The notes below the pieces were generated by a model. It did no database searches and was not told the DNA's origin. It saw only the letters and a program-made list of their open reading frames with translations. A DNA stretch of 64,000 nucleotides, from contig MU061578.1 in assembly GCA_013265495.1 (NCBI GenBank), positions 2,737,308-2,801,307 on the forward strand. Reading direction: 5' to 3'. Both the position numbers and the translations under genes were made by a program. Origin of the DNA: Vicugna vicugna (lineage: Eukaryota). Positions 55,357 through 64,000 of the stretch are shown piece by piece (the first letter of the stretch is position 1; each line of letters starts with the position of its first letter).

Positions 55357-57669
55357 TTTAGAGTGCAGTTGAGTGGGGATTTGAGTCTTGGTTCTCAGCC
55401 TTTCAGACAACTTGGAGGGCTCTGTTTTGAGTCTTCAACCCCACGCAACACAAGTTCTTAAAAAAAAAAACCCATAAACTAAGTCTTAAAGGAGGTTTGT
55501 TCAGATGTCATTGGGTACAGCCTTCCCAATGGGAGACAGAAGGGTCTCTGAACGTAACAGTTCAAGTCATGACCTAAAACTCAAGATATGACCACAAAAG
55601 GCAGCACGGAAAATCAGAGCTCTGCTGTATCCTCAGGTGCATCATGTCATGTTACAAAAGGCCACGTAGCATTATGGTTAACAGGGTGGTTCTGTGCCCA
55701 GGCCACCTGGGTCCAAATCCCAGCTGTCCCCTAATTAGCTCCGTGTCCTTGGGCAAAGTCATCTAGCATCTCTGTGACTAAGTTTCCCCATCATCACAAT
55801 TGGGATCATTATAGCACCTGCTTCAATATTACCTCCACAGCTGTGAGAGTTATGTCTGTAGAGTACTGAGAACAGGACCTGTAAGGTAGGAGGTGCTAGG
55901 TCAGTGTTACTATGGCACAGTGATGATGTCACACCCAATGGGGGCTTGTCCTGAAGCAGCGGGAAGGGGCAGCTGACGCATCAATGTTTCTCTCATTCCC
56001 AGCTTTTCGCTCTTCCCTCCCCTTCTGCTTCAGTGTGTGTCTCTAACCGTGTCATCGGGAGCTCTGACACTAATCTCGTGGTTGGGAAAAGACCTGGAAC
56101 CTTATTAAGGGTCCATGTGTGTCTGTGGTGCTGATTTCAGGCTACATGCAGGTGGGAGTCAAAAAAAAAAAAAAGCACAGCGAAAAACCCAGTCTTTGGA
56201 CTGGGAGACTCTTTAAGTCCATTGTCTTGCATTGTCTCAAAGTGGAAAAAGCTGATGGTCAACCTTATATGACAGTTTAGACATATTTGAGGATCTGAAC
56301 TAAAATACCCTTCGTTCCTTCTGTGTCCAGCTGAATAACCTGGTGGGGGGAGTGGTTCTTCCAAACCTGTCCTTCGGGAGTTGGTCCCCTGTATCTATTC
56401 CTCTTTGCTTCTGCCCCAGATGCCTTCCTGCAAGTGCTCTTAAATTGTCAGGCCTGGATTTTCTTGGCAAGTGTGACTTGCTTTTGAGGTTGTTTTCTTG
56501 GGGAACCAGGAGCCAGAAACTGAATATCCACTCGGCACTCCGTATGCTTCAGGGAGTTCTTCCACACTCTCAAACAGAAGTTGACCAAGACAGGGACACA
56601 ACTGGCTGGAGGGAGCTGTGCCCCACCCCCGTCCTTCCTGAATTTGGGACAGGTTAGTTGGTGGAGCCTGCCTGACACTGATTCCTTTTTAGAAAGCTTG
56701 TGTTACCAAACCAGAGTGGAATGAGTCTAAGAGAAGCCTGAGTTTATGAGTCACTTTCCAGGAAAGGGAATCCTAATGAAAAGGGGAAGAAAAACTTGCA
56801 AGGTGAACTTCACTTGAATCATCGCTTCTTTGGATTTCTGTTGTCCCCAGGCACTGAAAGAGGTAAAAACAGTGGGTGAGTCTTTTCACCTCTCTCCACC
56901 CTGGTCCTGCCCCCAGACCTCAGCGTCTCCTCACCGAAGACAGATCATGGATTCCCAGCCCAGGGGGCTGCATGGGAATCTCTGAGGGCAGGGCCTGGGA
57001 ATCTGCATGTTCAACAAGACTCCCCCAGGTGATTCGATGTAGGTGACCACGGGCCACACATTGAGAAACTCTGCCCTTGGTAGACGTGAGTGGTGAGAGG
57101 CAGCCCGCCACCCTCCGCTCCAGGGAAGGAAGCCCCTCTAGGACACTGCGGCAGTCAGCACACCCAACGGGCTGCCTGTGAGGGCCCGATATCACAGCAC
57201 CCTCCGTGTGTGCACCACTAGAATTAAGCCCAGAGAGAAACTTTCCCATGGAGTTTGAAACAAACCCCATGGAGGTTACGGGAAGCTTGGTCAGCACAGG
57301 ACACATCCCACAGATGAGAGCCATTGTTTCCCCTCACTGGTGCGGAGCAGCTGCAAGCAATCTGCTTACACAGCGAAGAGGAAAAACAGGGTCAGGCAGA
57401 CTGGCCGGCGGGGAGAGGAAGACGCGGAGTGACGGAGGTTTGGGACTTAGAGGTAAGTTAGGGGGATGAGGGGAAGGGTTTGAAGCCACAGTATCCTTGG
57501 CATCAATCCTCCTCGGCCTTCATCTACAGCCTCCCTGCCATGCCCTACAAACACCCCCAGAGACCTCCTCACTGCACACATTCACCCACTGTGACTTTAG
57601 GTCAAAAGTATGTTCCTATAGGGCATTTGCTCAAGGTATAAATTTTCATTGTAAAAGAGTAATTCTCTC

Positions 57670-57837
57670 CATATCATCCAGCAATCCCACTCCTGGGCAT
57701 ATATGAAGACAAAAGATGAAAACCCTAGTTAGAAAAGATACATGCACCCCAATGCTCACAGAAGCACTGTTTACAATAGCTAAGACATGGAAGCAACCTA
57801 AGTGCCCATCAATAGATGACTGGATAAAAGAAGATGT

Positions 57838-57879
<42 letters not shown>

Positions 57880-58340
57880 TAATGGATACTACTCAGCCAT
57901 AAAAAAGAATGAGATAACTCCATTTGCAGCAACATGGATGGCCTAGAGATTATCATACTAAGTGAAATAAGTGACAGAGAAAGATAAATATCACATGCTA
58001 TCATTTATATGTGGAATCTAAAAAAATGATACAAATGAACTTATTTACAAAACAGAAACAGACTCAGAGATATAGGAAACAATCTTATGTTTACCAAAGG
58101 GGAAGTGGAGGAGAAATAAATCAGGAATTTGAGATTAACAGATACACACTACTATATACAAAATAGATAAACAACAAGGACATACTGTAGAGCACAGAGA
58201 ACTATATTCAATATCTTGTAATAACCTCTAATGGAAAAGAATTAGAAAAAGAATATATTTGTATATATATAACTAAATCAATTTGCTGTACACCTGAAAC
58301 TAACACAACACTGTAAATCAACTATACTTCAATTTAAAAA
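57670..58340 (+). mobile_element. L1 3' fragment with internal (CA)n
   Basis: ORF2 C-terminal remnant [20 protein letters not shown] and 3'UTR. Confidence 0.9.
57841..57874. repeat. (AC)n microsatellite
   Basis: Direct observation. Confidence 0.95.
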
Positions 58341-60197
58341 GTTAATTCTATTATGTAAATCAATTGTTTTTAAAGTTTTTCCTTTTAAGATGTAAATATA
58401 TACAGGACAACCTAGGAGTTAAGACTTCCTCTGCTGAGTCATCTTAGCAGGAATCAGTTTGTGGACATGACTTCTGCAGGACGGTTTCCTGAAACCAGAT
58501 CTAAGAGAAGAGCGCAGGGAAGGGAAGAGACAGTTGGCAAAGGCCAGACTGGCTCGAGCATCTCCCTGTCCTGTCCACTGTTCCTCAGCGACTGGGCCTC
58601 TAATTCAGTTAAGATTTTATTTGTCCTTTAGGATTCAGCTAGAATGTCACTGGTCCTATGAAGTCTCCTCCCATCCTCCCACCTACCTCCCTCTTTTTCA
58701 CCTGGCTCTTTGGGCACCTTATTCTGGCAATCGTGTACTTGTGGATTCTATCATCAGACAGTAAACTACTTTAGGGTGTGGATGGTATCATGTGCTCTTC
58801 GTGTGCCCAGCCCCTACTGCACTACCTGGAACAGAAAAATGTTGAATAAATGTTTGTAGAAGTAAATACGAAAAAAGAAAAGAAAAACCAGGCTCTTTAG
58901 GATGTTGTGTCCAAGTCTTAGCTGGTGGACGAGACCTTGGGCTTCGAGCATTGTTGAGTCTGTTCTGGTAGCTGGCAGTCCCCTAAGTCCATGGACAATG
59001 AGGGCCCCTAACATCACACCCCCGACATGGGAGAGTACAAGAGAACCTCCTGCCCCTGGAAGCCTTAATGTCAGGTTCTAGGATATTGTAAATACCCCCT
59101 TAGCGCTATACATAAGAGAAACAGAACACAGTGCAAACAGAAGAAATTGATCTTAGTTTATAATTCCTAAAACTATTTTATAAGAGCAAGTTTCATTTCC
59201 CAGACTCCAAAATAAACATGCATTCCCCCCTCCTCCAGCCAAAAAAGTTCCTCCTGGGCAGGAGAGCAAAGGGCCTACTGGCTCATGCTTCAGAACCAGA
59301 TGCCTCCTCTGCTTACAGCTGTGCGAGCTTGGGCCAGTAGCTTGCCCTCTCTGTGCCGCCACTTCCTTTTCTGTATAATGAATAACAATAATACCCACCT
59401 TCTAGGATTCACGAAGGGATTTGATGAAATGGTGCAGGTTATTGCCTGAGGCTTAGATGAGTTGGGGTAGGGGTGTAGCGTTGCTGTGAGTATTCTTAGA
59501 AAGCCCAGCATCCATACCACTTCTTAGGTGTTATCAGTCACCCTATTATTTACTAGTAAACCATGTCATTCCCAGACAAATACTCCATTCATTCAATAAA
59601 TAGTGTTTAAAAACTTACTGTGTGCCAAGCTATGCTCTGGGCATGAGAAGTACAGCTGAAAACATAAATGGAAACCCTGTCCCCATCTATTTTTTCAAGA
59701 AATATCTGTGAGGCACCTCCTGTGCACCAGGCACTGTGCAAAGTGCCTGGGAAAAGCAGTGAAAAACTGAGATGATTTCTGCTCTCACAAAAACAACAGT
59801 CAAGGCAAGGAAACAGGCATTAGGAAACAATCATAATCAAGCAGATGGAGCATAAGGTAGAGAAAGCGCACTGCTTAAACATGGTCTTCTTTCCCTTACT
59901 GATAAACGTATGTCAGTGCATAAACGTTGTTTGTGTTCTTAGTGGAGGAAACAGATATTTGCCATATTTCATGCCCTGTAGGAGCTCAGCGCTCTCAATC
60001 AGAGGGCTTGCTAAAATGGATGAAAAAGCTAACAGCAACAGAAGAGACATCTTCCGGAGGTGTATGGGCCCAGCGCTGAAAAGCACCTATAAACTGTATA
60101 AATCTTCAGAGGCTAATGACAGAGGGCTCACAGGAGAGGCCACTATACCCAACCCCCATCCTGTCAGCTTTATCTTAAAACCCTCTGGGGTTGTTTC

Positions 60198-60460
60198 CAG
60201 TCACTCCCTGTTTCCACCCCCAGCCCCAAGCAACCACTAATCTGCTTTCTGTCTCTCCAGATTTGCCTTTTCCGGACCTGTAATACAAATGGAATCACAA
60301 GATAGGATTTTCCGAGGTGATGGAAATGCCCTAAAGTGGATTAAGGCGATGCTGCGATATCTCTGTACATTTACTAAAGATCAGTAAGTGTACCCTTAAA
60401 GCAGGTAAGTTTCATGCTGTATGGCAAAACTTACTATACTTTAATAGAGCTGTTTCAAGA
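60198..60460. mobile_element. Old L1M 3' fragment with 5' inversion
   Basis: Minus-oriented block 60198-60304 abuts a plus-oriented block that follows it in the L1 consensus. Confidence 0.6.
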
Positions 60461-60927
60461 TAAAACAAAAACTTCCAGCGGCTTCCTGTTTCACTTGGGC
60501 TGAAATCGAAACTCATTTCCCGGGAGCCCTGTAGGATCTAGCATTGGCCTGGCGCTCCCACCTCCACCCTCCCCACCTCTGCCCTCTAGCTGCTGCGCGA
60601 ACCTCCTCTTCTAGACTTGTGTCCCATCTCCAGGCTCTGCAGTGCCCTCTGCCTGCAAGGCTTGGCCCCCATCACTGTCTCTTCTTGCCTATCCTTATGT
60701 CTCCATATCCTTATGTATCTGCCTTTTCAACTTTCCGTAGACTTGAAATTACAGTAACAAAAAGTTCCCGCCACCCCAGCGCCCCACCCCCTCTAAAAAC
60801 ACACGGTAAATTACAGGACGAGATCTCGCGATACCGGAAGAAGCGAATCGGCCCAGAGCTAAAAGCTGCCACCAGAGGTCCTGGGTCACGTGGGGTGTGC
60901 TCACGTGACTAGAGGCCTGCGTCCAAC

Positions 60928-61013
60928 ATGGCGGCCTCCATAGGTCGCTGGCTTCTCTTCCTCATTGTACTGCGCAGCTTCCTCGGCGAGGCGTTCGGCG
61001 CCCTCGGCTCCGG
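60928..61013 (+). CDS. NAGPA: NAGPA exon 1
   Basis: MAASIGRWLLFLIVLRSFL; gtgagt donor. Confidence 0.95.
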
Positions 61014-63677
61014 GTGAGTACAGCCCCCGGATGGGAGCGAGCCTGGTTCAGGGTTCCTCCGCCTGGGGCACAGTCCTCCAGGCTTACGTCTGTCCCATCC
61101 CCGCAGGTCCTCCCGCGACGACGACTTGCTGCTGCCGTACTCGCGCGCGCGGCCGCGCTCCGTCCGGGACTGCACGAGGGTGCGCGCTGGCAGCCGCGAG
61201 CACGAGAGCTGGCCGCTGTCCCCCGTGACCCCTGGCGCCCGCAGCCCCACCGTGCGCACCTTCGTCTCGCACTTCGAGCACCGCGCGGTGGCCGGCCACC
61301 TGACGCGGGCCGCCGAACCCCTGCGCACCTTCTCCGTGCTGGAGCCCGGCGGGTCCGGCGGCTGCGCGTCGAGGCGCCGCACCACGGTGGAGGAGACGGC
61401 GCGGGCTGCCGGCTGCAGCGTCGCTCAGAACGGCGGCTTCTTCCGCATGGACACGGGCGAGTGCCTGGGGAACGTTGTGAGCGACGGGCGGCGGGTGAGC
61501 AGCGCCGGGGGGCTGCAGAACGCGCAGTTCGGGATCCGCCGCGACGGGACCCTGGTTACCGGGTGAGAAGGCAGGGAGCCCCATGGCTGCCGAGGGCAGA
61601 GGGCCTGAGAATTCGGGTGTAACCGTGCCGCCGTGTTCAAGTTCCCTGACCAAGCTAAGCCTCCGTTTCCTCAGTTGCAGAATGGGGACAGTAACACCCT
61701 CCTTGCAGAGTTCATTCATCTTCCTGTATTGTGTAGCACTTGCTTTGTATCGGGTATTGTATCTGGCAGAGAGCTACGCATCAGGGAAATAGCTGTGAAC
61801 AAGTGCACAGTCTTTGCCTTCACGGACCTCCCCCATTTCTAGGAAAAATAAACAAAAGCTAGGGAGATAACTTAGTTCAGATTGCGTATGTGCAGTGAAG
61901 CAATGGACAGGTCGAACTCATTGTAAATAGAGTGTTGAGTTTAGGGAAGGTAATCAGGAAAGGTTTGTCTGAGAAGGTGACTTTTAAGTGGAGACCTGCA
62001 GATTAATCACAGTTCAGCCAGGGTCAGGAGTGAAGGAAGAATTTTGCAGTCAGAAGGAACAGCAAGCACTAAGGCTCAGAGGTACTGAGGGGCTTGGTGT
62101 TTGTGAGGGCCTGAAGGAAGGAGCAAAGTATCAGGGTGACACAACTGACTTTGGTTATTTAAAAGCCTGCGCTGACCCTGCTGACCTCTAGGCTGGAGGG
62201 GCCATAGTAAGCAAGGAGGCCTGTTAAGAGGCTGTGTAGGCATCAGGGGTGATGGCCTGAGAGGTCGAGGGCCATAGATGGACTTGAGATCTGTTAAATG
62301 AAGTGTAGATTGGGATGTGTAGACTGTTGGCAAAGGCTGCTTCCAGGACCAGGGAGGTTCCTGGGCATGAGGAGGAATCAAGCAGCCAGGCAGAGAGTAT
62401 GGAGTCCCAATACCCGCAGCTGCCACTGCTGTTGACTGAGTCTCATGCTTTCCCTCTGTCTAGGTACCTGTCTGAAGAGGAAGTGCTGGACACTGAAAAT
62501 CCTTTTGTGCAGCTGCTGAGTGGGGTTGTGTGGCTGATTCGTAATGGAAGCATCTACATTAACGAGAGTCAGGCAGCTGAGTGCAATGAGACACAGGAAA
62601 CAGGTGAGGGGGTGGCATCGAGTATGATGAGATGTGGGTGGTGGGTGGGGGTGTTGGCAACAGCCCTCTTGAGAACTAGGGCTGATAGGGTGGTGGCGGA
62701 AGTCTTTCAACAAGCACTATTCTAGGCACTGGGGATCTGTGGATATTAAGACAGATAAGGTCTCTGCTCTTGTGGGGTGTGTAAGAAAGAAAATATATAA
62801 CATGATGAAGAGAAGTGGTAAGTGTTAAGAAAAATAAAGTTGGAGGAAAGGCGCTATGGACAAGGGAATAGAGAAGTGCTGCTAAAATATTTGAGGACCA
62901 GCAGTATCAGCATCACCCAGGAGCTTGTTATAAATGCAAAACTTCAGCCCCTACCCCCGTGCCTCAGAGCTGCAGAATCAGAATCCCTGGGGGTGAGGCC
63001 CAAGAATGTGTGTTCTGAGGAGCCCTCTGGATGATTCTGATAGACACTCGAGTTTGGGAACCACTGGGATGTGAAATACTAGGGCAGGGAAGGGGTACCA
63101 TGGCCCTGATGTGGAAACAGGCTATTTTAAACTGTGCAGTCAAGGAAAGCCTCATGAAGGAGGTGACTTAGATCAGAAGGCGCATGCCATGGAAAGAGCT
63201 AGGAAGAAGCACTGTCCAGCCAGAAGGAACAGAAAGGGGCTGCAGGGTGTTGAGAGGGGGGACCCGCAGGAGATGAGGTAGAAGTCCAGGGTGGTCATGC
63301 CAGGCGTTGGTAAGGCATTTGGATTTTGTTTGAACAATGGAAGCATTGGAGCGTTTTCACCTGGAGGTGGACCTCACTTGATTTACATTTAAGAAGAGCC
63401 CTTTGGCTCCTCCTGGGGACTGGCTGAGACTGGGCAGGAGGCAGGCAGGCAGTGAGATGCTGAATGGCACAGACCTGGGGGTAGAGTGGTGCTGGACTGG
63501 CAGGAAGTAGCAGGTAGTAGAAGGCCTCCCAAAGAACCAGGTGATAAGCCAGGCTGCCTCTCCTTCAGGTTCCTTCAGCAAATTTGTGAATGTGATATCG
63601 GCCAGGACGGCTGTGGGCCACGACCGGAAGGGGCGACTGGTGCTCTTCCACGTGGATGGGCAGACAGAGCAGCGGGG
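60928..63677 (+). CDS. NAGPA: N-acetylglucosamine-1-phosphodiester alpha-N-acetylglucosaminidase (uncovering enzyme), exons 1-4, continues past window
   Basis: Signal peptide, DDDLLLPY propeptide, PLRTFSVLEPGG, AQNGGFF, QLLSGVVWLIRNG, SARTAVGHD. Confidence 0.97.
61107..61562 (+). CDS. NAGPA: NAGPA exon 2
   Basis: SSRDDDLLLPY...QNAQFGIRRDGTLVTG. Confidence 0.96.
62464..62603 (+). CDS. NAGPA: NAGPA exon 3
   Basis: YLSEEEVLDTENPFVQLLSGVVWLIRNG. Confidence 0.96.
62872..63066. mobile_element. MER5A-like hAT MITE
   Basis: cagcatcacc.aggagcttgtta.aaatgca...gtttgggaaccactg. Confidence 0.75.
63569..63677 (+). CDS. NAGPA: NAGPA exon 4
   Basis: SFSKFVNVISARTAVGHDRKGRLVLFHVDGQTEQRG. Confidence 0.96.
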
Positions 63678-64000
63678 GTGAGTGCCACGAGCCAGGGCCT
63701 CTGGCCTGGGCTGAGTTCTGCTCTGAGGAACTTCAGCCCACCAAGAGCTGCCCTTCTGACCCCCAGCTATTCCCCAGGGACATTCACACCCATCTGTCCC
63801 CTGTCTTCCCACTGGTAGAGTCCCTAGGTCTGTCCCACTTACAAGAGTTCATTGTCTTCCACACACTTACTATCAGTCTCCCCACCTTAGGCCTCATCTC
63901 TCCTGAACTCTGGTTGGAATGAAAGGAAATTATCACAAAGTTAGCAGGGAAATGACCTTGGTTCCAATCCCAGTTCAGCCATCTGCTAGCTCTGTAGCCG

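Larger units (their letters stand above)
60760..61640 (+). promoter_or_regulatory. NAGPA CpG island promoter
   Basis: TCTCGCGATA at 60824 (BANP-type), CCGGAAG at 60834, two TCACGTG E-boxes at 60886 and 60901, YY1-like AACATGGCGG at the ATG. Confidence 0.85.

Noticed and set aside
60909..61719. 158-211 aa ORFs overlapping NAGPA exons 1-2
   Set aside because: Alternative-frame or antisense shadows of a GC-rich coding exon.

Overview
Mammalian genomic DNA, very probably camelid: it carries tRNA-Ala-derived vic-1-type SINEs and cetartiodactyl-style L1 3' ends. The gene order matches human 16p13.3. Genes in order: (1) the 3' half of an apparently intact ENPP7-like alkaline sphingomyelinase/NPP paralogue (+, 4261 to ~10628; 5' exons lie upstream of the window); (2) complete EEF2KMT/FAM86A (+, 8 exons, 340 aa); (3) complete ALG1 (-, 13 exons, 464 aa); (4) complete C16orf89 orthologue (+, 8 exons, 361 aa); (5) exons 1-4 of NAGPA (+). 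The most unexpected signal is in the first ~12 kb. A decayed, multi-exon, minus-strand coding gene (at least 12 exons with splice signals) is interleaved antisense with the ENPP7-like gene. It points away from the EEF2KMT CpG island, and one of its exons is split by a SINE. Other points: a TM anchor plus possible PDZ-ligand tail on the ENPP7-like protein, a nested L1 with a 427-bp tandemly repeated composite 3' end, back-to-back poly(A) signals between EEF2KMT and ALG1, CLEAR-type E-boxes at ALG1 and NAGPA, and a convergent CTCF motif pair. All calls were made by eye; repeat boundaries and subfamilies are approximate.
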